Positions 49,969-63,589 of a stretch of 64,000 nucleotides of DNA are shown piece by piece (position 1 is the first letter of the stretch; each line of letters begins with the position of its first letter). The DNA comes from Vicugna vicugna. Taxonomy: Eukaryota. Both the position numbers and the translations under genes were made by a program. The stretch is from NCBI GenBank assembly GCA_013265495.1, contig MU058257.1, forward strand, positions 1,195,262 through 1,259,261, written 5' to 3'. The notes beneath the pieces were generated by a model, which saw only the letters and a program-made list of their open reading frames with translations, ran no database searches and was not told the origin of the DNA.

Positions 49969-51361
49969 ACAAGAGGGGGCTGTCCCGAGGCCTAGAGAGG
50001 GTTACCGTCGGGGAGAGGACTGTCTCCCATGACCCTCCAGCTCACCAAACGGGACCCCACTTCAGGAATCCCAGCTCCTATGCACAGCACTTTCCATCTA
50101 TCTTTCCGGGTGCCCATGACAGCTGCCTGGACAGCCCTCTGGGCACTGAGTTGACGTTTACGTGACACCAGCTGTGTGACATGTAGGATGATTCGGGCTG
50201 CACCACGGGAGGGAGGCAAGTGGATGAGCCAAACTGTGGCCCTTTCTCAAGGAAAATATGTTCCAGACAAGCAGTGGGTAGACAAGAACAGAAATACACT
50301 CATGGAGGTGGAGACAGCCCTGGGTGGGGGCAGGACGAGGTGCCTCGGCCAGTTCCCGGGCAGATGGAAGGCTTCAGTGCGGCTCCCCAAAGAGGCCGTG
50401 ATTCCCGTGTGCCCTGGAGACCGGCAGGCTGTGACAGATGGCAGAGGGATGGGGGGAGAGAGAGCATCTGGGGCTGCTTGCACAAGGCGAGCCTCCACCC
50501 TGGGCAGCATTCAGTGGACATGCTCAGATCCACTCGCTCCAAGTGCAAACGCCACCCCTCAGTCAGGAGGCTTCTGCTCGGTTCTTTGTGGTTGACACAG
50601 GGTCCAGAGAAGGGCGGAGGTTGGAACCAATGCTCAGCACAGCTCTTGCCCGAGAAAGAGATGCCAGTGAGTCCATTTGGAGCTGATCTTCACTGTCATC
50701 AGAGCACCGACTTGGGCACTTTTCTCAGCTACACAACTGTCGAGCCAGCAGGCGCCAGCAGCAGGAGGGAGACGCAGAGGGCCAGCCCAGGACCCCTCGG
50801 TGGAGGGGCCTGTGGTGGGGGCGTGCTCGGGCCGGGGCAGCCCGGGCTCTTGCACCCTGAGTCTGAGACTCAGACAGGCCAGCTCACTCAGGCTCTGGTC
50901 TGTGGCAAAAAAGAAGCCAAGGGCCCCAATGGGAAGTTCGTAAGAGGGGAGAGGTCTGGGCTGGTGACCGAAGCCCAGGCAAGGGCGAGGGTCGTGGCAC
51001 GGACTGGTCCCAGCAAGGTGGGGTCCGAGTGCTCAAGGCCCCCCAGACCCTCGAGGCTAGTGCAGTGCAGTGCTCGGGACCACACGCCTGGGGGTGTGAG
51101 CAGGAGCTAAGGGGCCGGGATCTCAGAGCCCAGCCAATGTGGGGCCTACCGCTGGCCACCATCAGGGCAGCCAGCACCCCCCGCCCCAACAGAGATGCAT
51201 CTGCCCGTCAGCACAGGACCACTCCTGTGGTGACAGCCACTTCATGCTCAGCAACTTGGAGAAAGAGAAGAGTGTCTATCACCTTGGCACCAGCTGGCCA
51301 GGGGGTCCCACCATTTCCACGGGTCCTTTGTTCAACGGGGAGTTCAGGCTGCTGATACTGA

Positions 51362-51436
51362 GTGATGCCATCACTGACATGGTGGCGACACCGATGCTGA
51401 CGTGATGCCGTCACTGACGTGGTGGCGACACCGATG
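51362..51436. repeat. 40-bp tandem duplication (about 2 copies)
   Basis: gtgatgccatcactgacatggtggcgacaccgatgctgac / gtgatgccgtcactgacgtggtggcgacaccgatg. Confidence 0.95.
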
Positions 51437-54400
51437 TGAGTACCCGCGTCCGTGCGGTCACTTCCACGCGGTGAAGTCCTAGCAGGCATTCGGCTGTGAA
51501 GCGCACACGTCCAGCACAGAGGGCGGCAGCCACCCGGCCCTGGGAGGCTTTTTGATGAGGACATGGATGAGCAAGTGCTTGTTAAACATCTTAAAAACCT
51601 TTCCTGTAACAGGTTGCCTGTAGATTATATTAAATGCGTAAGTAAAGTCCTTGTCAACTTGTCCCATTTACATCCAACCCCAGATGAAAGTCACTTCCCC
51701 CCACAGCTTCCTGTCACATATTTTTTAATCGGATAATTGAGCATCAAGCGGCACTGGTGTGGAAGAAAGCAGAGGGCTGGAAGGGACCCCGGGCTAATTC
51801 CAGCGGGTCTTCAGAAGCTCAAATCAGTCACGGTGCTTTCTCACCTGCCCTCCTCATCTCCAGCCTCTGTCTCCAACTGCACCACGTTGTGGGATCAAAG
51901 AGTGAAGGACAGCTTCCCGGACCCTCAGGGGACGGTCCTCGTGGGACTTCTGCGTGAATGTGCTGTCAGAGGGGCTGCGGGGGAGCGATGACAATGGCCC
52001 AGGGCTGCTGACCTGGGGGGCCCTGGCTGGGGGTTTGCCAGGGGGGCACGGGGACAGACAGCTGCTCCAGGCATGTCTGTGTACATGTAAATATCCACAT
52101 ACTCGCTCTGAACTCTGAGAGCAGTCTGGCCATCTGCCACAAATGCAGCATGCGTCTCAGCTGTACAGTCAGCGTCCCAGATGGAGACGGGGTGAGCCCT
52201 GGGCGTCTCCAGCCCGGTCTCAGGCCCACAGACAATCCCAGAGCTGCCTTGCTGAGCCTTTGAGACTTTCCCATCCCATTATTACAATAAATAGAGGATA
52301 TGATTCGATGAAATGTTGTCTTCTTGTTCCATTGGGCGGGAGACACCAAGGCATGTTCTTAACAAGACAGGGGTGAAAGTACCCGACAACAGGACACCCT
52401 CCCCTCTTGTCCAAAAATGTCCTCTAAACACAGCCAATAACTCTCCCGCCCGGATCCAGACCGCCAGCCTGTTGCCAAGTTCCTCCTTCAGAAGCGCAGA
52501 GCCAGGCAGTCGCAGACCATCTCCTGTGCCCCCTCCCGCTCTCGCAGCCCCACCTCCAAGCTTCGCTGTCTTAGCTGTTCTTTCTTTCCCTGGAATCTCA
52601 ACAAGGCTGCCTCGTTTCCATAGAATCACAGAAGGCGAAGCTAGAAAAGACCTTGACTGGTTTTTGTCTTCACGCAAACCCCAAGGGCACGGTGCTACCC
52701 ACCTCCCACCCTTAGATCCACGAGACTCTCCTGCTGGGAGTCGGGCCTGAGCAGGAGCCACACGCGATTCCTGAGTCCCGCCCGGGAGAGCGGCGCTGGG
52801 CTTGGCAGTACCAGCCGGCTGCGGGGACGCGTGCTCCTTCCAAAAGAGCTTTCACCTCTCTCTCGCCTCTCATTTCCTGCTCAGGATATGCTGCCTCGAG
52901 TTCATGTACGTTTCTAAGCACTCTCATGGCAAACAGTATCCATCACTAATGTGCAGAGCATACCCCAAGCCAAGAAGCACGCAGGGAGATGGATGGGCAG
53001 GAGCCGGAGGGGCAGGCGCACTCCACGGAGCTTTGTCCTGTCTGTGCCACCGTGCGACCTTGGGAGCTGCAGCGCCCAGCCCACCGCGGGCCAGCAGGAA
53101 GCCAACTGTTCCAGAGAGGTCAGTATTTCAGAGCATCTGTCTTGGAGGCTGGCCTCCTGTGAGCCAGGTATAAGCCTTCCCTGCCTTCCTCTGGACCAAA
53201 AAGTACCTGCCTCCTGTCCTGTTTTTTGGGGGTCTGCCTTGACTGGCTTTACAGGATTAAAGAATCAAGATTCAGTTATCTTCAATATCTTAACACTAAA
53301 ATATTGCCTAATGACAGAAAAGTTGGGCTTGGAGAGCTGGCCAGTATGAGAAATATTTATGAACCCAAACTAGTGATGGCAGACGACTGTCAGCTTCTCG
53401 GTGGGTTCCTGTGTTTATGCTTGAGCAACAGAGTCAACAATAGTAACTTAATTTTCCACAGTCTTCCCATTATGTTATCTTCCCATCACAGATGAGGCTC
53501 AGGAGGTACATCAGATACACAGACCACAGGTATAAGAAAATGTCCCCAGACCCTCCACCCTCTCAGGCTGGCAAGGTGGGCATGTCACTTAGCCAAGGAC
53601 AAGTCCTTCCTGCTGGACCAGCTCACTTGAGCAGCTGAGCCACCGGCCATGTCCCCCAGCAGGAGCAGGTCCTCACACAGAATGAACGCTTGGCCATGAG
53701 CTGCCCAATTTCAAAACTGCAGGAGTTTGCTGTCCACACCCGGTCTGAAAATCAGCCCCACTAAGAATCATGATCAGACCATATCGATCACTTCTCTAAG
53801 CATCTCTCCATGGAATTCTCTGGACACACTTGGCTGAGCGGGATTTAATATAAGCTCTTTGCTACCCAGTCTATCAGGATAGCTCTGTGAACATTATGAC
53901 ACCTCGGCTCTGGCTTCCTCAAGGAGAGCTGGGCCCCGGTGCCCTGGACGTCTTGTATTTCCCCAGAGTGAGGAAGGACTGGGCACGCCTGCCCCTCATT
54001 TCCAGGTGAACTGGCACGCCCAGCACCTGCCTCGCACCGGCAGCCACGCCATCTGGCCACCCCATTTTCTCTCCCTGACCAGCAGCGGCTGAGAGAGGGA
54101 CTCCCAGAACCAAATGCTGACACGCCATCCAACTCTGTCCACACAGGGAGAGGAATGAAGCAATCTGAAGGCTCCATATCCCTTCCTACTGTGTTTTTTA
54201 AAAATCATCTTTGACCCTTCTGAGAAGGTCACTGTAGCTAGTGTGTGCCAGCCTGATTCTTTGATTCATTGACAGTGGGGCAGAGCGGGAATTATGGGTT
54301 GGCAGAGGAGATGGATTTTCAACCCCTTTATTTTCTTGAAACTATTTCCTCAGATAGCGTGAATGGAATTTTAAAATGATGTCCAAGGCAGAGCAGGGAC

Positions 54401-55435
54401 ATAATGCTAATCTAGTGCTGGGAAATTCTCCCCCCAGGTGCCTTCCGAAAGCCAAACTCATCTGAGAGAAGCTGCGGGGCTCCGGCTCAGCTGAGGGGGC
54501 GCTGGCCCTGCCTGGCCCGGCCACACCAAGGAAAGAGAGGCCAGCGTGTGGGCAGCGAGCTCGGAGACCTGGGCCCAGGGCCGGAGCCGGGACTCAGCCC
54601 CGGGACGCCCACCCGAAACAGGCAGCAGGGCTCATCGAGACAGTGTCTGGGGGGTGTGTGGGTGGGGCCCATGCTGCAGATGCTTGCAGAGTATTTCGTC
54701 ATGTCATTTGTTCCATTAAGATTTATTTAAAAGAAGAAGAAAAAAAAACATTCCAGGAAGCTCGTGCCAACAGCTAAGAGAGTTTTTTAAATGCCGTTCC
54801 TCCCACTCCGAGTGGCATTGCCTCCATCAACACTTAGCCATACGTCAGTAATGCCTTTGAAAGAAATTATGTGAAAACAGCAGTCCAAAGTTCTTATTAT
54901 TTCAGGAAGCTTTTTCCAAAACATCAACTCTGATTTCACACTTCCGAACGCGAGGAGCCACGAGCGTGCGTTTAAGTAGAAGCCTGCTCTGAAATGGATG
55001 AGCGGTGTTGCTGTGAGACAGGGAGCTGGCGGGCAGCAGAGCACAGGTGTGACCCGGGACGGTGACTCTGCAGGAGGCCGTCCTCGCTCCAGTGTCACAT
55101 GTGACATGGGGCCAGCCTGGGGGCCACCCCACCCCACGGGGCAAAGCTCCTAGTGGCCGTGGGGGCCGGAAGTTCTCGCAGGAGGGGGTGGCTGCAGTGA
55201 GCCACAGAGAGCCCTGGAGATGAAAGTGAGGGCGGGTGAAACCCTGGTCTTCAGGTGCCACTTAGACATAGAAGGACTTCCGTTTGCTTTGTTCTTCCCT
55301 CGCCTAAAACCGTAATGCTGCAGCAACAGCAGAAGGCATTATGGTTGTGAAAGTGTTGTTTGTTTGCTGGGTGTGGGGAGCAATGAGCAGAGAACAGTAA
55401 CTAGGAACACAGGTGAACACTGCTTATGCTGTAAG

Positions 55436-55556
55436 GACTGGGGGTGGCTCTTCCCTCTGCTGCTGATGGAATCACACCGCTGCTCCAGGTGGGAGCCCCG
55501 GTCCCCCCTGCTTCCCAGCCTCTGTGCCATCGGAGGGGGCAGACTCATCCCACTGC
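55436..55556 (+). repeat. 121-bp dispersed direct repeat, copy A
   Basis: ungapped match to 57182-57302, about 12 mismatches by hand count. Confidence 0.95.
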
Positions 55557-56099
55557 ACAGCGGGGAGGCTGAGGAAGGAATCCTTGCTCCTGATGACAAA
55601 CGGAGAAAATGCAGACTCTGTTTACCTGCAGGTGTCACAGTGACACCATCCGCGGTGGCACTGGGGTTTCTGTCTCATCCAAGGGATGGGGTGGAAGCCA
55701 GCTCAGGTTTCAGGGTGATTCAAACTAACTAGGACCATCTTTCAAACTAAGCCAAGGCTTGTATTCCAAATCATACAATCCTGGTATGGACCAACCATCC
55801 TGTCCTGTCCCTTTCCTGAACGACCCAGTCCTACAGCTATTAGGTGAGGCGAAGCAAGGGAGGAAGGGAGGGGCCACAGTGGCCCAGAGTGGGATGAAGA
55901 AGCCACAGAGGATAAGGGGGACATCTGCATGGAAGGGAGTGGTCCAGCCCAGGGGATGGGAGCCCTAGTGTGGTGCTGAGCTGACTTCAGTGGGGACTGG
56001 ACACATCAGACAAACTCAGATTGGGGGACAGTCTACCTGTTACTAGGTTGTGATCTTCAAAATTATCTTCAAGTTCCTGCTCACCAAGGAGAGACAGAG

Positions 56100-56432
56100 A
56101 ATTTCCAGGAGGAGAGGCTAACGTGGCGTGGTACCTAAAGGCAGTGCACGATTTGGGGTGGGATCCTTATGCTGTGACAGCCATTATGGGGAAAACTGGT
56201 GAAACTGGGATGAGGTCAAGGATTAGACTGTAGAAACGCATCATATTTCGTACCCTAATTTTGACGGTCGCATTGTGGTCCTCCAGAAGGACATCCTTGC
56301 TCACGGGAAACACACACTTAAGTGCTCAGAAATGATGAACTATCAGGTTGGCAACCTGATCTCAAATAGTTTCATTAAAAAATAGTGTATTTGCAACTTA
56401 TCTTTAAGTCTCAGAGTCCTTCCAAAAAAATT
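56100..56432 (+). mobile_element. Ancient L1MC-type 3' UTR fragment
   Basis: ggggaaaactggtgaaactgggatgaggtc...cctaattttgacggtcgcattgtggtc...gggaaacacacacttaagtg...tgtatttgcaactt. Confidence 0.7.
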
Positions 56433-57181
56433 TTTTTAATCATGTACAGAAGGTAATCTATAAGGATTTTGCATAAATTAATACAGCAGGGCATCTTTCT
56501 GAATAGTGATGTGAGGCCAACGAGAGTAACAGGATTGTCTAGGGAACTTTTCAAAACACACACAGACATACACATAGACACAGGCACACACACACTTACA
56601 GAGAAGGATCCAAATTTAGCCACTAATCTGAGCAAGTGTGTTCTACTAAGGAGATACCGATGCTGAACGCAAATGAAGGGATCAAGAGAAAGGTGGGTTA
56701 GTGCAAAGAAGCATTCGCCATCTCTCCTCTTGTTGGTGTGGTGCCCAGATTGGCACACAAGGATGATACCTCCTCTTGTGAACTGTATGGTTAGTTCTCA
56801 AAGTCTAGGTCAGAATAATAGCAAGTACCCACAAGTGTGATTACCATGTGCCAGCAAGGTGTTTACCAAGGGAAATGTAATTACCACCTAAGTGGCAGTA
56901 ACCTGTCCTCCTGAGGCCAAGAGAGGTTTACTCAGGGTCACCCAGCTAGAAATGTCGTTAGGGCTTTCTCTTCCTGACCCTGGATGGAGGTCAGACCGCC
57001 CTCCCTCCCAGCTACACTTGACTCAGTTGGACGAAACCCACTCCCTTGGTAGGAAAGACCTAGAGGAAAAAATAGGAAGAGATTTTCAAAAATAAACCCT
57101 CTCTCCCATGAGAGCACCTTTGACTTGAGCAAAGTCACTTGGGTGTCAAGACACACCATCGTTGTCCCAGCCTGGGAAGGA

Positions 57182-57302
57182 GACTGCGGGCAGCTCTTCC
57201 CTCTCCTGCTGATGGAATCACACCGCAGCTCCAGGTGGGAGCCCCGGTCCTCCCTGCCTCCCAGCCTGAGTGCCGTTGGAGGGGGCAGGCTCATCCCACT
57301 GC
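57182..57302 (+). repeat. 121-bp dispersed direct repeat, copy B
   Basis: ungapped match to 55436-55556. Confidence 0.95.
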
Positions 57303-57841
57303 CCACGCCAGATGTGCTCCACTTTCTCTGACTCCCGCATCAGCCCCACTCACCGCCTCAGCTTCAGGGTAAGTGTATCCTGGCCGCATTCTAGGACCTC
57401 ACCCTCACATGGCTTCTCTGTGCAAACAATTCTAGAGCCCAAACACGCCGCATCTTTACCTAGCACCTCAGCAGGCTCGGGAATTAGGGCAATTGTTTGC
57501 AATCTTGCAAGATGTGCTCAGATCTTACATTAAGATGTACATCAGCTCTTAGCCAGTTTCCAAAGGAAAATCCCCACAGCTGTTGTTTTTCAAAAGTCTG
57601 TAAGCTGGACACTGGATTTCGGCCCCTGTCTTCGTGTCCTGATTTGATGAACGAGCAGTTCCCCTTAACACATGCAGTAGTTCTTGGATCAGCTCAGATC
57701 CTGGAAGAGCCCATCAAGTAAGCAGGGGAAATAAGTATGGGGACTTTGTAGGCAGCAGAAGGTGGGCAGAAACGCAGAGGGTTCAGTGATGCAAAATGCC
57801 TTCAGTTTTAAGAGGTACCTCCCAAAGGCGATGGTCCAGTC

Positions 57842-57958
57842 CGTTCACACATTCAACAAATATTTATCGAGAATCTGCTACTTATCAGGCACCGTTCTTG
57901 CCTCTGAGTGCACAGAGATGAACATGGCAAACAAAACTTCTGTCCCTGTGGAGAATCG
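57842..57958 (-). mobile_element. L2 3' end
   Basis: cattcaacaaatatttatcgagaatctgctacttatcaggcaccgttcttg...acaaaacttctgtccctgtggag. Confidence 0.8.
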
Positions 57959-59032
57959 ATTGCTCATCCACTCAACAAATGGTTATTTGCTCATAAATAT
58001 GCAAAGCCCTCAGCTGGTGTCTTTTGCTCAATTCTGGCTCTTCAAGCCCCAGCTCCATCCAACTACTTAGCTCTTCAGGCTGTTGGATCACCCCTCCCGT
58101 CTATTAGAGAAGAAAGTGTGAAACTCCTCCCTTCCTTTCTCTCAGAGAACCGTACGGAAGTCAGGAGTTGACAATCACGATTTCTACCTCACAGCGGAGC
58201 AGAGTGGTACCAGCCAGCAGCCACATCAAGCACTGGAAACTTTTTGAAGGAGAGCAACAACAGAGGCGTTCTGTGGGGTCATTGAGAAACTCAGACATCT
58301 CATGCACTCTGTCTGGAGACCAGCATCACCTAAATGCATAGATTTAACTGCCCTGGAAAGCAGAGCTAGGACTGGCCTCCTTCCCGCAGTTCGAAAAGAG
58401 TGAAACCTGCCACCCACTGGTTCCCAGGGCCAATTAACTGGCCAGCCCACAGCCCGCCTGGGTCCCGTGACTTAGCTTTCAATAAATTCCGCTATCTTGA
58501 TGGCAGAGGCAAACCTCTGGAGTTGTCTGGGATTTATTTCAGGCCCCCTCGTGCTGGGACAGAAAAGCCTCCCAATTTGCACAGGCCGCTGCGTGTTTAC
58601 GGAGGGACTCTAAGCACGCTGCCAGCTGGCTCACATGGTGCTGGCCTAGTTTTGACAAGAATCTTAATTAGTGACACCAGCAAAAATCCCATTTGGACCA
58701 AAATTTCATGTTCCCATCTCAACTCCCCTAAGGCTTTCGGATGACCATTTCTGGAACAGTCTAGAGAAGGAGGAAGATGATCCAACACCGTATATTTTTA
58801 TCTCATTGTATCAACATAAAAAAAAAAACTTAGGCAACTCTGTACTCACAAGTTGGAGCATGAGAATGAGTCTATACACACAATCTAAGACCTTGAGTTT
58901 CCTGGAGAAATCCTTCCATCTCAGGAAGGAGTTTACCAAGAGCCCTCATCTGCTTTCCTGGCCAGGACACAGGGTCAGTTCTCCAAACTTGGTTGAGGAA
59001 GGGCATCTTCAGTTAAAACAACTTAACTAGGT

Positions 59033-59200
59033 AAGGATTTCTCAAACATTAATGTGCATGTGAACCAGCAGGGGAGCTTGTAAAAAGGTAAAGTTTTGAT
59101 TCAGGAGGTCAGGGGTGAGCCCTTGAAACCTACATACCTAAGAAACCCCCAAGTGATGCTGATGATACTGGTCCGTGGACCACAATTTGAGTAGCAGGGT
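59033..59200. mobile_element. MER5A-type hAT-Charlie
   Basis: tttctcaaacattaatgtgcatgtgaacc...gtgatgctgatgatactggtccgtggaccacaatttgagtagcaggg. Confidence 0.85.
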
Positions 59201-60210
59201 CTGGGTGATGACTGAGTGTGAGAACTTAGTACCACCTTATGCAGAAATGGTTCTCAAGGAGTTAGAGGGAGGATGCAGTGCTGGAGAGCAGAGCCTGGAG
59301 CAGGGATGTACTTTGGTTCCTGGAGCACTTGCCCATGGGTGGCCTCATCCAACCTCGATGTCCTCCATCAACTTGGCACCTGGTCCCCAGTAAAACACTT
59401 CCAAAGTCTTTTCCCCACACCCAACCAGGGATGCTCAAGTCCTATGCTGCTGGAGGATGGAGAATTCCAGGTGTGGCTTAGCTTTACTGTTTAGAGTCTT
59501 ACTTTGGGGATTTTCTTCACTGGTATGAACTGGATGACCTTCCTTCCTGCCCATCTGAGCTGACCATTGAGGAAGGGATCCCACCTGTCCCCAGTTTAGC
59601 AGGGCCTCACCTAAGACTTGAGGCTGCTGGTAGCTGTGATTCTGAGATTTCCAGTATATTTTCTGCTCTCCACGTGGCCCTGACCTGCAGGTGGCTGCCT
59701 GGCCAGCTCTGCAAAGAGCAGATCTGACTTTTACAGGAAGGAACTATTCTTCAACTCTGCCCTTCAAGCTCCTCCCATCTAATTATTCACCTAAAAGATG
59801 GAGCTTTTCAAATAAGTGTGTTTTCTTAGAGCAAGCAAGGATTAAGATGGAGAGAGCTGATTACAATAAAAACAAAATGATTGATCTGAGGGAAAAGAAA
59901 ACAAGAAAAGAAAAATAATTTTAAAAAAATCAACCATTCATTAGTATGTTCAATGACAGTAAGATGCGGACCTGCTGACTGAGTTTGGCCTGGGGTTCTG
60001 CTTCCATAGAGGATCATGAGGCATCCTGCTTTGCCCACATTTCTGGGCCCCAAGGAGGAGATGGGCTTGCTCCACAAGCGCAAGCACTTCAGGGCATTGC
60101 TGATTGACATAGCTCCTCTCTTGACATTCCAGTCCTCATTAAATTCAGTTGTTCCCCATGTATGGTGAAGCCTGGTATCAGGAAAAAACACAGATCCAAA
60201 TTCACTGGGA

Positions 60211-60360
60211 AATGTTCTCAAAGTGTGGGGACTGCTGGGATCACCTGGGAACTTGTTTAAAATGCAGAAACTCTGGCCCCACCCCAGACCAACTGAACTG
60301 AGATCTGTTTAACAAGATTTTCGTGTGATCTATAAATACATTAATGTTTGAGAAACACTG
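60211..60360. mobile_element. MER5A-type hAT-Charlie
   Basis: gttctcaaagtgtgg...atcacctgggaacttgtttaaaatgcagaaactctggccccaccccagacc...tttgagaaacactg. Confidence 0.88.
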
Positions 60361-60889
60361 CTGTAGAATTCTAGTATTTACATAATGCAGCATTTTGGTA
60401 ACTCTCATTTGAGGCCAATTTGTTTGCTGAGGAACCAGTCCTGGAAATACAAATGAACTGCCCACACAGCTTGCAATTCTAGCCCACGGTCTCCAATGTG
60501 GGAAATAAGACCCAGGTCCCCTCTTTCAGGTAGATTCTTCTAAAGAAAAGGAGAGTTTTGCTTTAATGGGCATGAACAGTCTAAACTGTCTTTGAAAATA
60601 TTTTCTAGGACAGATTGAAAAATGTCCACAAATCTACCAAGTGGTTCATAGCTGATGAGCTGAATCTGACTCAGCCTCTCTTGCACTTGTGCCATTATGC
60701 CAAGTGACCCAAGAGTCAAAGTGGGGACTTTGTTTTGTGTCTTGGAGAAACAAGGGTTAGCGAAATTCCTCTCCCACATGACTCCCCTAACCTCTTACTC
60801 TAATGGTCATTCTCTCCTGTTGACCATGTCTAAAGTACTTCTTGCATCAGTCACTTCCCTACTCCGAATCAGGATGAGAGGTGGATTCC

Positions 60890-62350
60890 CGTTTTGAGGA
60901 ATGATGATGTGGGCTATTTGGACCAATCACCCTTCTGAAAAAAAATCAAAATTTTCTGATTAAAATAAAGAAACTGCCTTCTTAAAGAGGTGATGAGATA
61001 GAAAGGAATCTGTACAACTTTTGTCCTGAGAGCTTTGCCAGTCTGGGCAAATATGAATTTTCATCCTGATAAATTCATGACAGAGGTGGACACAAATCAC
61101 AGTCCAGAGTTTACAAAAGATGTGAAGGCCCTCAGATAAGCTGGTGCCCAAAAAATGGGCAGTCCTAGGGTAAAAGTGAACCAGAAGTCACCAAAACCTA
61201 AAGACTGGCATCTCAGTTCAGCCCACCTAAAGCCTGACACTTGGTTTAAGGGTCTGAGATGGGTAAGGCCCCCTAGCACTTGGCAGAAGCAAACATAAAC
61301 TCCTTTATGAGGAAGGGTTGCCATCAAGGATAATCAGGCCAACAGGGAAGCAAGACACCATGAGTGGCAACCAGCAGAGGCAAAAAGCGTTGGAAAGAGA
61401 CTTCAGACAGTGGCTTATCAGACAGTCATTGCCAACATAACACTCACCATCTTAAAAAATCCAAAAACATGATCCAGAAGGCAGCACAGGGAAATGAAAA
61501 CATGTGAAATACAGAAGTAAGGGTACGAGGCACGGAGAACAGGCTGACAATACCTGATGCACATTTCATTTGGTATTTCTAAAGGGGAGAAGAAAGAGAA
61601 GGGAGAAAGAACCAGTATTAGAAGAAATAATCATGGAAAAGTTTCCAGAATGATACAAGATGCCAGAATACAGGTTTAAGGAGCACACCAAATCCCACAC
61701 AGAGCAGGTAAAAAGACTCACACCTCCACAAGTCACAGTGAAACTGCAGGAAACTAAGCGCAAACAATCTAAAAACAAGAAAATAAAAAAGGGTGCAGTT
61801 AGGCTGATGGCTGAGTTCTCAGAAGTAATAATAAAAGCTGAAAGCCAGTGGAAAAGGTCTCTCACGTACTGAGGAAAATGACTGTCAACATAGAATCCTA
61901 CGGCCAGTGCAGGATTCCTCCGCACATGAGGGTAAGTTACAAATGATGAGCTTGTCAAGATCACACCTTCATTAGAGGAAATTCTAAAGCAGTGTTTCTC
62001 AAACTTTCTGTGGGGAAGAACCGGGTTTTAATTTTGTATTTTTTTTTAAGTCCAATCTGTCATGCACTTGGATCTCTGGTCGATTCCTTGCTCAACTAGT
62101 CAAGTACACTGCTCATCCCCTGGGTACACAGCAATGCGGAACTGCTTTACACATCTTAGATCCTTCCTTTCTGTGCTTTGTGGTGGTAACTGACAGTTTG
62201 CAGACTGGCAACCTCTCTGTGGACCACGCTTTCAGTAGCTCAGCTGTAAAGAATGCACTTTAGACAGAAGGAGAGTTATCCCATATGGGCTGTCTGGGAT
62301 GCAAGAAAGAATACAGAGCCAAGAAAGTGACTGATCTGGTAAGGACACAG
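60890..62350 (+). mobile_element. Ancient L1M 5'/ORF1 region, split by a Charlie element
   Basis: agtattagaagaaataatcatggaaaagtttccagaatg...agtcacagtgaaactgcag...aaagccagtggaaaagg (ORF1-like; ORF 61660-61872 TPPQVTVKLQETK...VRLMAEFS); resumes after 62251. Confidence 0.7.
61990..62243. mobile_element. hAT-Charlie non-autonomous element
   Basis: cagtgtttctcaaactt ... ggaccacgctttcagtagctcag; 8-bp TSD-like ttctaaag (61982-61989) / ctgtaaag (62244-62251). Confidence 0.7.
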
Positions 62351-63589
62351 TGGTAAGGAATCTGAATGTCAAGTTTTACACAGAAGCAATTTCACATCTC
62401 TTTTTAAATTAAATGAAGCTGAGTTAGCTGTGGTGGCTCATTAAAGCAGTTTTGCAACCCAGCTTTTGATATATGGCAGACAAGAGTGAATCTCACTGTG
62501 GAGAGACAGAGACTTTTCCTCCTATTTCCAAAATCGAATACATTGGATAATGATGCACAGTCTTTTAAGGATTATTACATTTCCCTGATGATATAGGTAA
62601 TTGTGAAAAACCACTTGAGAAAATTGCCCCAGAAAAACCTACTAAAACAAATTTAGAAATCAACTCCATTTTCTCTCTCATATTCTCATGAAGAGCAGGC
62701 TAAAACCTCCTGCACTGTGGCGATGTGAGTTATGAAGTTCTCAGGAAGAGATCCGGCTGGAATATGGCAATATAAAGAGAAATGCTTCTCTTTTGATTGC
62801 TTTAATAAATAATAATGCCCCAGCATAAAAGTAACATTTACAACCCGAGTCTAGCATTCCTCAAGATAATGAGAGCTAAAACATAAGATTCCAACTGCTG
62901 ATTACTGAGACGTTGATCCTACCAGCTAAATCAGAAACTGGCATCCCACGGTTTCACGTCTTTTATAGGACAAATATATATATATTTGCTAGGCACACGC
63001 TCTGCCACTGACCCATCCCCTCCCCCTCAAAATATATATATTTGGATCTCATCTTTTTCTTTCTCATCTCAACTAATTGATTGATTGATTCCCTTTAAAC
63101 TCATATGCCATTCCTCATTCTCTGCTCCTCCCTGAAAGCCATCCATTGTGTTCGTGTGTATATAATCTTACAAAGTGTATATTCTTACAAAATGTATACT
63201 GTCATTTTGTGTGCAAGTATCTTTATTACGTGCAAGTGGTGCTGTGTTGTATTTTTTAAAAATCTGAATGGCTCCTTATTTCTTTGACTCATAGATTCAC
63301 AGAAGTTAAATTGACTTTTGAAGTCAAATCCATCCTTCCTCCCAAGGTCCACAGCACAACAGGCTGGATGTTCATTGGCTTAAACACTGCAAGTAATGGA
63401 ATCTCAGCCTGGTAAGGGGCCAATTCCATGGCGATGGTCGAATTCCTGCTCCTCGCTAACACCTTAACCTAAGTGCTGCCCATTGACGTATCTCTGCACC
63501 AGGACCCACGATGGCCTCGTGACACAGCGGCTGCCTCACCAGGTACCACTCTCCCATACAGGTTCCCAGCTTGAGACGTAGGAATTGGA

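Noticed and set aside
50220..51110. Longest ORF (296 aa, +)
   Set aside because: G/P/R/S-rich translation typical of GC-rich non-coding DNA; overlapping ORFs in several frames; no recognisable domain
4475..63292. Scattered AP-1 (TGAGTCA) sites
   Set aside because: About ten seen, close to the roughly eight expected by chance in 64 kb; no enrichment
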